IMG/VR virus record: IMGVR_UViG_3300008448_000060
Span: 5,503-69,502 of that record
DNA: 64,000 nucleotides
Source of the DNA: a virus
Direction: 5' to 3' (one strand)
Shown piece after piece: positions 9,001 through 19,200 of this stretch (position 1 is its first letter; the number at the start of each line of letters is the position of its first letter). Under the pieces are notes generated by a model, which was given only the letters and a program-made list of their open reading frames with translations, was not told the DNA's origin and made no database searches. A program made the position numbers and the translations under genes.

Positions 9001-11665
9001 GGAACTTAGACTTGTTGTATCAGCTACAGTAGGAACAATTCTTCTTACTTCATCAGGTTCAGGTGTTCAAACATTTAATGTTCTTTCTCAAGATGGTGCG
9101 TATGATGGTATCTATACAATAGCTACTACACCAACTTCTGAGTCATTTACAGTAAATGCTCCATTTAAAATTCCAGCAAGAACATATTCTTTTGATTCTC
9201 GTTCTGATGCGAATAGTGGTGCTGTCAATTCAACAAATGATACAATTGTTTTAGGAACACTAAGTACTCCTTACAATCCTACAAACTTCTATCCAGGAGA
9301 ATTAGTATCATACGTTCCAGGAGCAGGAAACACTGATATAGTTGCAGCTGCTGGAGTAGATAACACTTATCTTTACGCAATCCCTGTATCTGAGATAGCA
9401 ATTTCTTTAGCTAACTCTTATGTTTCAGCGATTGGTGGACAAGTGTTACAATTAACACCAACAGGAACTGCTCAAACTCAGTCTATTCAAACAACAAACG
9501 TTTTGAAAACAACTAAACAAACAGGATCAGTAAGTGGAACACAAAATGCAAGAACAATTATTGGTTCTGGTACAAGATTCTTAAGCAAATTCAAAAGATT
9601 TGATTCAATTTTCATTTATATTGGAGCTAGACTTTATGAATTTATTATTGATCGTGTTGTTTCTGACACAGAAATGTCGATAGATCCAGCACTTGCAGGA
9701 TTCCCATCTACATTTACGACTGCAAACTATGCTACAATTAGTTCTGTAAATTTACGTCCAGATGGTTTCTCTTTACATAAATCATTTGACGGAGGTATTG
9801 ATATAACAGCAGGAACTTCACCAAACAGTAAGATTGTTCGTCAATCACGTAAATACTTTAGATATCAATCTGGTAAAGGTATTCAAAACTCATTTGCGAT
9901 TAACTTTTCGCCTTTGAAAACTTTACAAAAGCTTGAGTATATAAACATTGGTGGTGCTACTCCAAATGCTATAAGAGCAACATGTCAAGAACCACATAAT
10001 TTATCTGTAGGAAACGTAGTAATTATAGATAAAGCTATTGTGACAACTGGAAATAACGTTTATAACGGAACATTCCCAGTTCATTCAGTACAAGATATAA
10101 ACACATTTACATATCTTGTTGGTGCTATACCACAACAACAAAGTGCTGCAGGATTCCCAGAATATGGTAGAGATTCTTGGTCTCAATCAGCTATTCGTGC
10201 AGGTATGTTTGATGATGCGAATGGTTTCTTCTTTGAATATGATGGTCAAAAACTATATGTTGTAAGAAGATCTAGCACACTTCAATTATCAGGAAACGTT
10301 GCTGCGACTAAAAATTCTCAAGTGATAACTGGTAATAATACTTCATTCCAAACACAATTAGTTGTTGGAGATCATGTACAGATAAGAGGTCAAATATATC
10401 GTGTTATCGCAATTGACTCTGATTCTCGTATGGTTGTTCAACCTCCTTATCGTGGAATTACAGCTACTGGAATCAAAGCGACAATTCGCGAAGATGTAAA
10501 AGTAGAACAAGCTAATTGGAATATTGATCCATGTGACGGAACTGGTCCGAATGGATATATTTTTGATATTCATAAAATTCAAATGTGTTATGCTGACTAT
10601 TCTTGGTATGGTGCTGGTAAAATAAGATTTGGTACAAAAGACGCCAAAGGTCATATTCATTACCACCATGAATTTATACACAATAACAAATTAAATGAGT
10701 CATATTTACGTTCAGGAAACTTACCTGCAAGATATGAAATTGAAAACGGAGATGCTCCGACATCAGCTCCTACATTATTCCACTTTGGTACATCTGTTAT
10801 TATGGATGGTACGTTTGATGATGACGATGCTTACTTATTTACAGCACAGTCAAAACCTTTCGTGTTCGCACTTGGATTAACTCAAACTGTAACATCATCA
10901 GCAGCAAGTCAATTCAATGAAATTACATTAAACTCACGTCGTGTGTTTGTGTATTCTTTCCAATGTGCTGAAGCAGATGCTAATAAAGCGATTGTGGGAC
11001 AATTAATTAAAGATGCGACTGGTAATATACCAGATGGTACTTATGTTTCTCAGGTTCAAAAAGCTGGAGCAAGTTCACGTATATTTACTTCTTTCCCTGC
11101 AACAACATCAGTTCCAAACAATCCAGAAATACCAACTAGCACAAGCTTTACAATTGGTGAAAACGCATTCGGAAATGGAGCAGTTGACTTAACACGTCCT
11201 ATTCCTCTTATTTCGATTCGTTTAGCACCTGCAGTTGACTCTGGTATAACTGGTGCAGTAGGTGAACGAGAAATTATAAATCGTATGCAAATGAAATTAG
11301 ACTCAGGTGCTGTCACTACGAATAAATCATTGAACGTGTTTTTCATTCTAAATGGAAACCCATCTAAATTGACTTTTGAAAAAACTCAATCTCCATCTTT
11401 ATCTAACGCAATATCTCATGATACAGGTGACATTATTAAAGATGGAACTGTTATTTTCTCATCTCAAGCTTCAGCTGGTTCAACTAACTTTGTACTTAGT
11501 GGGTTAATTGATATGGGTAATTCGATTTTAGGTGGTGACTCAGTTTATCCTAATGGTCCTGACTTATTAACTATTGCGATTCAACCTACGGATACTTCAA
11601 CGATTACACAAGCTTCACCATTAATCGTGACAGGAAAATTATCTTGGTCTGAATCTCAAGCTTAA
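6080..11665 (+). CDS. Very large virion structural protein (putative tail/baseplate appendage)
   Basis: 1861 aa, T/S/G/N-rich; conserved blocks KLRVSNPENLIDTDFEYG..TKWE, RQSRKYFRYQSGKG, DYSWYGAGKIRFG, RSGNLPARYE; AAGGA RBS. Confidence 0.6.
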   Translation: MAKKLFLASDIDVAQNAVLLDGNIPIERLLLITNVTAGANKIVYNFADSTLGATSCAYIPALNQTRLVLAVNFATAAAGPITADSKLQIFIEEEFSRVGFEEAMIDPVNKLRVSNPENLIDTDFEYGSQSTKWETLQTVLNIPTIYSSSGDLTLEGLVSINTTTNSKQVRCVFTLPHNQIVGNAIQVTGVSNITCEGAFLVTGVVNSTEFFYEIDQTAIATENVAGSYTSVIPAKFFEGSNLILDLNARDASDNPVAPIQTNGASPSTLSVRTLEPHGLKIGTKIYLRQTIGPKELTITDPTLTAPDGRPYIDSSPTITITNNVDGTSSTGSADLQYDRPVVTWDWQTTYGKYLQTSDINAAADEITWNSHGLTANAALLFNDPVRGDDTTATTNGGMTDGTVYYASIVDANTIKLATDYGTLASFVNLTAISTTRGYPRLQLVYKVEGRSDSTRYTAFFSRNVTTGATGNYDVGYINNTNTNSFTWNVQSIMGASRVPTRGIINQLYFEGANTAGSPINITYIARNYLNLGSGNISYSLGAKGASPGNEFPNTDVTRCFYVSGGSYFIDIQYQFGAINRDKFGNPTSNYRHIYYIVIDHVPTSLNTAHSGADLAGGQFGKGSRAGNRIIRFQGRVPNGSSTNGSSDGFTFQANTRNNGRYGTSNPPYNYQVSDTTTLGSFIVNYPETGNSDYAAGSEIYYSFADDLTALKNTFYIPSHGITNNETCTISITGAGYSTTNRFAFVNSSATVVPYTVSEFSVTANVVNANYLRFTSKTTPFTNDIASFPAAFSVANNRVNTLYNTVYIQNHKISGQTTATYTTAGTPIGGLTSGTNYSLQFVNDSRLIIKAANTSGSGTATTASFGSTSTALNQVFTVNIETPLGTAPTQCTVTMIQHRGRLSTSNRFLRTRFADNIVYNIGAVNGQDSSIFQNEPTWIPKDVSSFLTGSPVGVTVTVSPTSGVNAAVPGMTNWWELRLVVSATVGTILLTSSGSGVQTFNVLSQDGAYDGIYTIATTPTSESFTVNAPFKIPARTYSFDSRSDANSGAVNSTNDTIVLGTLSTPYNPTNFYPGELVSYVPGAGNTDIVAAAGVDNTYLYAIPVSEIAISLANSYVSAIGGQVLQLTPTGTAQTQSIQTTNVLKTTKQTGSVSGTQNARTIIGSGTRFLSKFKRFDSIFIYIGARLYEFIIDRVVSDTEMSIDPALAGFPSTFTTANYATISSVNLRPDGFSLHKSFDGGIDITAGTSPNSKIVRQSRKYFRYQSGKGIQNSFAINFSPLKTLQKLEYINIGGATPNAIRATCQEPHNLSVGNVVIIDKAIVTTGNNVYNGTFPVHSVQDINTFTYLVGAIPQQQSAAGFPEYGRDSWSQSAIRAGMFDDANGFFFEYDGQKLYVVRRSSTLQLSGNVAATKNSQVITGNNTSFQTQLVVGDHVQIRGQIYRVIAIDSDSRMVVQPPYRGITATGIKATIREDVKVEQANWNIDPCDGTGPNGYIFDIHKIQMCYADYSWYGAGKIRFGTKDAKGHIHYHHEFIHNNKLNESYLRSGNLPARYEIENGDAPTSAPTLFHFGTSVIMDGTFDDDDAYLFTAQSKPFVFALGLTQTVTSSAASQFNEITLNSRRVFVYSFQCAEADANKAIVGQLIKDATGNIPDGTYVSQVQKAGASSRIFTSFPATTSVPNNPEIPTSTSFTIGENAFGNGAVDLTRPIPLISIRLAPAVDSGITGAVGEREIINRMQMKLDSGAVTTNKSLNVFFILNGNPSKLTFEKTQSPSLSNAISHDTGDIIKDGTVIFSSQASAGSTNFVLSGLIDMGNSILGGDSVYPNGPDLLTIAIQPTDTSTITQASPLIVTGKLSWSESQA

Positions 11666-11683
11666 AAGGAAAGAAACAATCCT

Positions 11684-12382
11684 ATGGCTTACTTGGGTAG
11701 AGATCCAATACATGGTAATTCTGAAATACAAGTGTTTGCTCCGAATGGAAGTTCGACAACATTTGCTTTAGATTTTCCAATTGGTTCAGCAGGAAGCATT
11801 CTTTTAATTAAGAATGGCTTAATTCAAAAACCAAGTACAGATTACACAATTATAAATGGGGGTAGTGCTATTTCTATAGCAGGTGCTCCCATTTTAGCAG
11901 GTGTTAGTCTATTTGCAATTTATCTTTCAACACAATATCTTCAAAATACAATCCCTGACAATTCAATCAGTGCTGATAAACTTTCATCTTCATTAAGAGG
12001 TAAATTTCCTAGTGATGTTATAGTTCCAGCAGTTGGTTCAACAACACTTACTTATGGTGTTGGTAAATTTTTTATTTTAGGGAATGATCTTAATTATAGT
12101 TTAACATTACCAGCTTCTCCTGCGATTGGAGATATGTTTTGGTTAAATAGACCAGCAGGATCAACTGTTGGTGCAATCACTGTGACTATTAATACAAATA
12201 ATCAAAATCTTTCAACAGGACAAGGCACTATAACAGTACAAAATAGTGCTACTGCAACTATTACTATGACAGGACAGTCAGCATTTACAGAAAATGATAG
12301 AAAAACACGTTGGTTTGTGTTTTTAGGAGTAATTGGTGGTACAGATTTTGGTTGGTTTGAGTATAAAATTAATGCTTTTTAA
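11684..12382 (+). CDS. Tail fibre-associated protein
   Basis: MAYLG start; NG...F.L / KNGLIQKP.TDY module; LTLPASPAIGD motif. Confidence 0.55.
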   Translation: MAYLGRDPIHGNSEIQVFAPNGSSTTFALDFPIGSAGSILLIKNGLIQKPSTDYTIINGGSAISIAGAPILAGVSLFAIYLSTQYLQNTIPDNSISADKLSSSLRGKFPSDVIVPAVGSTTLTYGVGKFFILGNDLNYSLTLPASPAIGDMFWLNRPAGSTVGAITVTINTNNQNLSTGQGTITVQNSATATITMTGQSAFTENDRKTRWFVFLGVIGGTDFGWFEYKINAF

Positions 12383-12393
12383 TTTTTAGTTTT

Positions 12394-12401
12394 AATAAAT
12401 A
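12394..12401 (+). promoter_or_regulatory. Putative late promoter (AATAAATA)
   Basis: 7/8 match to TATAAATA in the gap before 12412. Confidence 0.45.
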
Positions 12402-12411
12402 GGTATAAGAA

Positions 12412-12747
12412 ATGGCACAAATAACAGATTTTTTTATAGATCAAGGATCAGATTGGTCTGCTATTTTAACATTCAATAATACTGATGGAACACCAAGAGA
12501 TTTTACAAATTGTACAGTTTCTGGGCAAATGCGAAAAGGTTATGGTTCAACGTCTTATACTGCTATAACTACTACATTTGTTGCTCCAAATACAAGTGGA
12601 AAAATTAAACTTGCATTAGGAAATGCAACTTCGTCAGCGATGAAAGCTGGAAGATATGTGTATGATGTTGAATTGACAGATTCATTCAGCTTAAAAAGTA
12701 GATTAGTTGAAGGAATTATAACAATAACACCAGAGGTCACAAGATAA
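12412..12747 (+). CDS. Conserved virion protein (IDQG...GRYVYDVE family)
   Basis: IDQGSDW, QMRK.Y, AGRYVYDVE, RLVEG.ITITPEVT motifs common in T4-like aquatic phages. Confidence 0.65.
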   Translation: MAQITDFFIDQGSDWSAILTFNNTDGTPRDFTNCTVSGQMRKGYGSTSYTAITTTFVAPNTSGKIKLALGNATSSAMKAGRYVYDVELTDSFSLKSRLVEGIITITPEVTR

Positions 12748-13035
12748 ATGGCTGATACATTAACAGTAAATGTAGACTCACAAGGTAGTACGATTAGTCC
12801 GAGTAATACTACTCTGACAACTTCAACTACAACAGATGGTGGTGGTTCAACAATTACAACAATAGGAATTCAAGGAACGAGTGGTGCTGCAGTACCACTT
12901 TCTGAAAACGTGCAAGTTGATATAGTATCAGAGGGATTAAATAATGGTTCATTATTAGTTTATAAAACAAATACTTCGAAATGGACAGCAACTAAAACAT
13001 TAAATCTACAAACAGTAGACAGTGGGGAATTTTAA
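12748..13035 (+). CDS. Small fibre adaptor-like protein
   Basis: NGSLLVY.....KW motif; ends VDSGEF. Confidence 0.5.
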   Translation: MADTLTVNVDSQGSTISPSNTTLTTSTTTDGGGSTITTIGIQGTSGAAVPLSENVQVDIVSEGLNNGSLLVYKTNTSKWTATKTLNLQTVDSGEF

Positions 13036-13047
13036 TAGGAGAAAAAA

Positions 13048-15639
13048 ATGGCATCAATTATAAGAATTAAACGTTCGACGACAGCAGGTAATCCCGCAAC
13101 ACTTGCAGCAGGAGAACTTGCATATTCAGGTCTTACAAATAACGACTCCAATGGTGGTGATCGTCTCTATCTAGGACTTGGTACAGAAACAAACGGAAAT
13201 GCTGCGAGTCACTTAGTTATAGGTGGAAAGTATTTTACAGATTTATTAGACCACACTCGTGGTACACTAACTGCATCTTCAGCAATTATTACAGATGCAA
13301 ACAGCACAATTGATAACTTAAAAGTAGATAATCTAGATCTAAATGGAAATACAATATCTTCTACAGATGCCAATGGAAATATTGTACTTGATCCAAATGG
13401 AACTGGTTATGTATCTATTCTTGGTACAAATGGAGTTGTAATTCCAGTTGGTACTACAGGTCAAAGAGCACCAGCTATACAAGGTGCAATACGTTATAAT
13501 ACAGACACATCTGCTTTTGAGGGATATTCAGGATCAACTTGGGGATCACTTGGTGGTGTAAAATCAGTTGATGGTTTAACATACATTTCAGCTGAGAGTA
13601 CTCCAGGAGCTTCAAATGACACACTTTCTTTTGTCACTGATGGTGCTGAGAGAATGTCTCTTGATACTGACAGTTTAGATGTTGCAAGCACAATTTTAAC
13701 AACAAATATTAATTCAACTTTAACTTCAACATCAATTACAACTGGAGCATTAGTTGTTGATGGTGGTGTTGGTATTGCTGAAAATTTAAATGTTGGTGGT
13801 GTTATTAATATTGACAATTTAAGATTAGATACAAATACATTATCATCTACAAATTCAAATGGAGACATTACTATTGAACCAAATGGAACAGGTAATGTTA
13901 ATCTTAATACAGATACAGTAAGAATTGGTGATATAAATGCAGACGCTACAATTACAACAAATGGTTCTGGTGATTTAATTTTAAATACAAATTCAGGAAC
14001 AAATTCTAGTTCAATCACAATTGCTGATAATACTAATGGAGATATTTCAATTACTCCAAATGGAACTGGAAAAACAATTATCGGAAATATTCACACAGAT
14101 TCAAGTACATCTCTTGCTGAATTTATTTACGACACAGTTGGTGGTGCAGTCACTTCAGGAACTGGTATTACTGTTACAAATAGTGATGTAGGAAATAGTT
14201 CTACAATCAATATTACAAATACAACTGTCACTGCTGGTTCTTATGGTTCAACTACAGCAATCCCTACATTTACTGTAAATGCACAAGGACAATTAACTGC
14301 TGCTGGAACAGAAAATATTTCAACTACATTAAATATTGCAGGTGATACAGGAACAGATGCGATTGCTCATTTAACAGATACATTAACGTTTAGTGGTGGT
14401 GAAGGAATTGATACTACTGTCACAAATAATGTATTAACAATTGCAGCTGAAGATGCTTCTACATCTAACAAGGGTGTGGCTTCTTTCAATACTGACAATT
14501 TTACAGTTAGTTCTGGCGCAGTTTCTACAAAAAATATTACATTAGGTTCTACAGTTTTAACAAATGGTTCAACTACAAACACATTAGCTGGTGTTCTACA
14601 ATTAGATGTTGATAACATAAGAATTGATGGAAACACAATTAGTGCTACAGATGTAAATGGTGGAATTACACTTGCTCCGAATGGAACAGGTCATATTTCT
14701 GCAAACTTTAGAAGAATTGAAAACATTGATGCACCAGTAAATGCACAAGATGCTGCGAATAAAGCATACGTAGATGCAGTTGCTGAAGGACTTCACGTTC
14801 ATGCATCAGTAAAAGCTGCTACAACAACTACACTTGAAACACATTCTGGTGGAACAGCAACTTACGATAATGGAACAAATGGTGATGGAGCAACAATTAC
14901 TCTTTCGACAGGAATTAGTATATTAGATGGATACTCATTAGTAAATGGCGATCGTATATTGGTTAAAAACCAAGCGAATGCTGCTCATAATGGTATCTAT
15001 GTTCGTACATCTTCAACAGTACTTACACGTGCTTCTGACTTTAATACAATATCTGAAGTTGCGAGTGGAGACTTTTTATTTGTAGCATATGGTACAACAA
15101 ATGGAAAAACTGGTTGGGTACAAACAATTCAGATGGTCACATTTGGTTCTACGAATATTGTATTTGAACAATTTTCTGGAGCAGGAACTTATACAGCTGG
15201 TCAAGGATTAGCATTAACAGGAACAACATTTGATATCGTTTTACAAACAAATGGTGGTTTAGAAATAGTTTCTGACGAATTAGGATTAAAATCTACAACT
15301 GCAGGAAACGGATTAACATTTAGTAATGGTGTTTTAGCAGTAGGTGGAACATCTGATCGTATTTCAGTTGGTGCAGATTCAATTGATATTGCTTCAACTT
15401 ATGTTGGACAAAATTCAATCACAACATTAGGAACAATTTCAAGTGGAACATGGCAAGGTAGTACAGTTGGTACAGTTTATGGTGGTACAGGAAATTCATC
15501 ATATTCAGTAGGCGACATATTAGTTGGTGCTGCAGCAAATGCTCTAAATAAATTATCACTTGGTACAAGTGGACAAGTATTACAATCAAATGGAACGACT
15601 TTAGTGTATGGTGATGTGGACGGAGGATCATACGCATAA
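13048..15639 (+). CDS. Long tail fibre-like protein
   Basis: IRIKRS...LAAGELAY N-terminus; repeated DN(L/I).(L/I)(D/N).NT.S.T..NG.I...PNGTG units; AGGAG RBS. Confidence 0.7.
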   Translation: MASIIRIKRSTTAGNPATLAAGELAYSGLTNNDSNGGDRLYLGLGTETNGNAASHLVIGGKYFTDLLDHTRGTLTASSAIITDANSTIDNLKVDNLDLNGNTISSTDANGNIVLDPNGTGYVSILGTNGVVIPVGTTGQRAPAIQGAIRYNTDTSAFEGYSGSTWGSLGGVKSVDGLTYISAESTPGASNDTLSFVTDGAERMSLDTDSLDVASTILTTNINSTLTSTSITTGALVVDGGVGIAENLNVGGVINIDNLRLDTNTLSSTNSNGDITIEPNGTGNVNLNTDTVRIGDINADATITTNGSGDLILNTNSGTNSSSITIADNTNGDISITPNGTGKTIIGNIHTDSSTSLAEFIYDTVGGAVTSGTGITVTNSDVGNSSTINITNTTVTAGSYGSTTAIPTFTVNAQGQLTAAGTENISTTLNIAGDTGTDAIAHLTDTLTFSGGEGIDTTVTNNVLTIAAEDASTSNKGVASFNTDNFTVSSGAVSTKNITLGSTVLTNGSTTNTLAGVLQLDVDNIRIDGNTISATDVNGGITLAPNGTGHISANFRRIENIDAPVNAQDAANKAYVDAVAEGLHVHASVKAATTTTLETHSGGTATYDNGTNGDGATITLSTGISILDGYSLVNGDRILVKNQANAAHNGIYVRTSSTVLTRASDFNTISEVASGDFLFVAYGTTNGKTGWVQTIQMVTFGSTNIVFEQFSGAGTYTAGQGLALTGTTFDIVLQTNGGLEIVSDELGLKSTTAGNGLTFSNGVLAVGGTSDRISVGADSIDIASTYVGQNSITTLGTISSGTWQGSTVGTVYGGTGNSSYSVGDILVGAAANALNKLSLGTSGQVLQSNGTTLVYGDVDGGSYA

Positions 15640-15689
15640 TTGATATAATATCTTAGATTATATAATCTACTAACAAATAGGAGACAAGT

Positions 15690-15884
15690 ATGGCTAAGAA
15701 GAAAAAACAAACTGTTTCAGATATTATTGATAGAATTGAAGAAGATTTGATGACTCTTCGTGATAAAGTTGAAGAACTTGAAAATCACGAATGTTGCGAA
15801 GAGGAGGACGAAGATGACTCAGAAGAAGATACCGACTGGGATGAAGATTCGGACTCTGATAGCTTTGAGGAAGATGAAGAATAA
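15690..15884 (+). CDS. Small protein with coiled coil and highly acidic tail
   Basis: 64 aa; AGGAG RBS; C-terminal half mostly D/E. Confidence 0.55.
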   Translation: MAKKKKQTVSDIIDRIEEDLMTLRDKVEELENHECCEEEDEDDSEEDTDWDEDSDSDSFEEDEE

Positions 15885-15925
15885 ACAAAATCAAAATAAA
15901 AAAAAGAAAAAATAGGAAATAACTG

Positions 15926-16282
15926 ATGGCGACAATAATTAAATTAAAAGGTTCAGCAGTACCGAATCTTGCGCCATCAGTTAATGATTTAAGTTATAAA
16001 GAAGTTGCGTTAAATTACGCAGACGGAAGATTGTATTATAAGAATGCTGCAGGACAAATAGCATATTTTAGTGCTGGTGCTACAGCAGGTGGTCAAGAAG
16101 GACAAGATGACGATCTATTTAATCAATTAGCGTTTGCAATTAAATTTGGTGCATTCCCTTTAGCTGATTATGGTAATATAACTGACCCAACAAGTGATGC
16201 CTTTGGTCAAGTAGTTTTATTTACTTATGACAATATGGCAACAGAGGGATTAAGAATTATTGACAACGAAGGATTAGTATAA
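15926..16282 (+). CDS. Small fibre-associated protein
   Basis: IIKLKGS...EVALNYADGRLYYKN N-terminal motif typical of phage fibre heads. Confidence 0.55.
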   Translation: MATIIKLKGSAVPNLAPSVNDLSYKEVALNYADGRLYYKNAAGQIAYFSAGATAGGQEGQDDDLFNQLAFAIKFGAFPLADYGNITDPTSDAFGQVVLFTYDNMATEGLRIIDNEGLV

Positions 16283-16283
16283 A

Positions 16284-19200
16284 ATGCCAACACAATTACA
16301 ATTACGAAGAGGAACAACAGCTCAACACTCATCTTTCACAGGTGTAGTTGGTGAAGTCACAATTAATACATCAAAGAAAACAGCAGTCGTACATGACGGA
16401 TCAACAGCAGGTGGTCTTGAATTACTTCGTGCTGATATGTCAAACGTATTCGCTTCAGCAACTCCAACATTCACTTCTTTAAATACATCAGGTGACGTAT
16501 CTGTAGGTGGTAATTTAACTGTCACTGGTACAACTACATTTAATGGTGGCACTATCACTATGGGTGATGCTGACACTGATAATGTTGTATTTGGCGCAGA
16601 TGTAAATTCAAATATATTACCAAATACTGATAACACATACGCATTAGGTAGTTCAGCTAAAAAATGGTCAGATGTTAGATCAGTTTTATTAACTACAACA
16701 AGTGATGCTACAATCGGTGGTGATGTAGCTATTAATGGTGGCGATCTAACAACTTCTCAAACAACTTTCAATTTATTAAATACAACAGCAACTACTCTAA
16801 ACATAGGTGGTTCTTCTACAGCAACTGCAATTGGTTCAAATAGTGGAACTACTACTATTAAAGCAGATTTAACAGTTGATGGTGATGTTCAAGTCAAAGG
16901 TGGTGATTTAACTACTAACCAAACTACATTTAATTTATTAAATACAACAGCAACTACTCTAAACATGGGTGGTGCTGCTACATCTTTAAATCTTGGTGCT
17001 AATTCTGGTACAACAACAGTAAATAATAATTTAACAGTCACAGGAAATTTAACTGTAAATGGTACAACGACAACTGTTAATTCTACAACTTTAACTGTAG
17101 ATGATAAAAATATAGAATTAGCTTCAGTTGCTTCTCCTACAGATATTACAGCCGATGGTGCTGGTATTACAATTAAAGGTGCAACAGATAAAACATTTAA
17201 TTGGGTAGATGCTACAGATGCATTTACTTCATCAGAACATTTAGCACTTGCTTCAGGAAAAAATTTATACTTAAATGGATCAACATCTGGAACAACTACA
17301 CTTACTCCTTCAGCTACTGCTTCAGGAACTTTAACACTTCCAGCTGCAACTGATACATTAGTTGGTAAAGCTACAACAGATACTTTAACAAATAAATCAG
17401 TTTCATTAACTACTAATACCATTACTGGTACATTAGCAGAATTCAATACTGCATTATCAGATGATAATTTCGTTTCATTAACTGGAACAGAAACATTAAC
17501 AAATAAGACATTAACATCTCCTAGAATTAGTTCGATTGTATCAGCTACAACAGTAAATTATAGTTCAGCTGGAGGAGATTGGACATCTAACTCCTTCTAC
17601 GTAGAACCAGAACAAAATCAAATTAGCATAAACACAAATCTTGCTGAACCAAATTTTTCTAATTATCTTGCTGCCACTACAGCAGGAACTGTGTTCGTTG
17701 TCACATATAATAATAGCACGACAGCTACCTTAACACAAAGTGGAAGTTCAAGTTTTTTTGGAGCACAACTGAATATTCCAGTGACAGGAGCAACAGGAGC
17801 ACAACTGAATATTGTTGCAATTTCGATTTCAACAACGAATACTATCACAGTACCATCAGCAACTGACACTTTAGTTGGTCGTGCAACTACAGATACATTA
17901 ACGAATAAATCAATCAATTTAGCTAATAATACAATTACTGGAACTACAGCTCAATTTAATACAGCTTTATCAGATGATAATTTTGTTACAATTAGTGGTA
18001 CTGAAACATTAACAAATAAAACTTTAACTTCACCAGTTATAACAACTATTAACACTACAAGTAATTCTAGCATAGCATTATCACCAAATGGAACAGGAGT
18101 TGTAAATGTTCCTTCTGGTTATACTGGAAGAGCAGGATTTGGTGCTAATTCTCTTGTTCCAAAATCTTATGTTGATGCTCTTGAAGCAGGTCTTCATGTT
18201 CATGCTGCAGTAAAAGCTGCAACAACAGATACACTTGCAAATTTAACAAGTGGTACTGTCACATATGAAAATGGTACAGACGGAGTTGGTGCGACATTAA
18301 CATTACAAAATGCTTTAACAACTTTAGATACATCATACACAGTAGTAAGTGGTGATAGACTTTTAATTAAAAATCAAGCAAATGCTGCTCATAATGGTAT
18401 CTATACTATTGACGCAACAAGAACAATATTAACAAGAGCGACAGATTTTGATTCTGTTTCAGAAGTTGCGAGTGGAGACTTTTTATTCGTATCATTCGGA
18501 ACACAATTTGGAAGTCAAGGATTTGTACAAACAGTTCCAATGGTCACATTCGGAACTACAGATATTTCGTTTACTCAATTTTCTGGTGCTGGTCAAATAA
18601 CAGCTGGAAATGGATTAACAAAAGATGGTAATACAATTGACGCAGTTGGAACTGCAGATCGTATTACTGTAAATGCAAACAGTATTGATATTGCTTCAAC
18701 ATATGCTGGTCAAAACACAATTACAACATTAGGAACAATTTCAAGTGGAACATGGCAAGGCACAGTAATTGCTGGTGAATATGGTGGAACTGGAGTAAAT
18801 AATTCTGGTAAAACACTTACACTTGGTGGCAATTTCACACATAGTGGTGCACATACTCTTAGTTTAACAACTACTGCAAACACATCAATAACTTTACCAA
18901 CAACTGGAACTCTTGCAACTTTAGATGGTTCTGAAACATTAACGAATAAAACATTAACATCACCTGTTATTTCAAGCATTTCTAACACAGGAACTTTAAC
19001 ATTACCAACTTCTACTGATACATTAGTTGGAAGAGCAACTACAGATACATTAACAAATAAAACATTAACATCTCCTAGAATTGGGACTAATATTTTAGAT
19101 ACAAATGGAAATAGTTTATTAGCATTAACAGCAACAGCTTCAGCAGTAAATCAATTAACACTTGCAAATGCTGCAACAACAAATCGTCCTACTATTTCTG

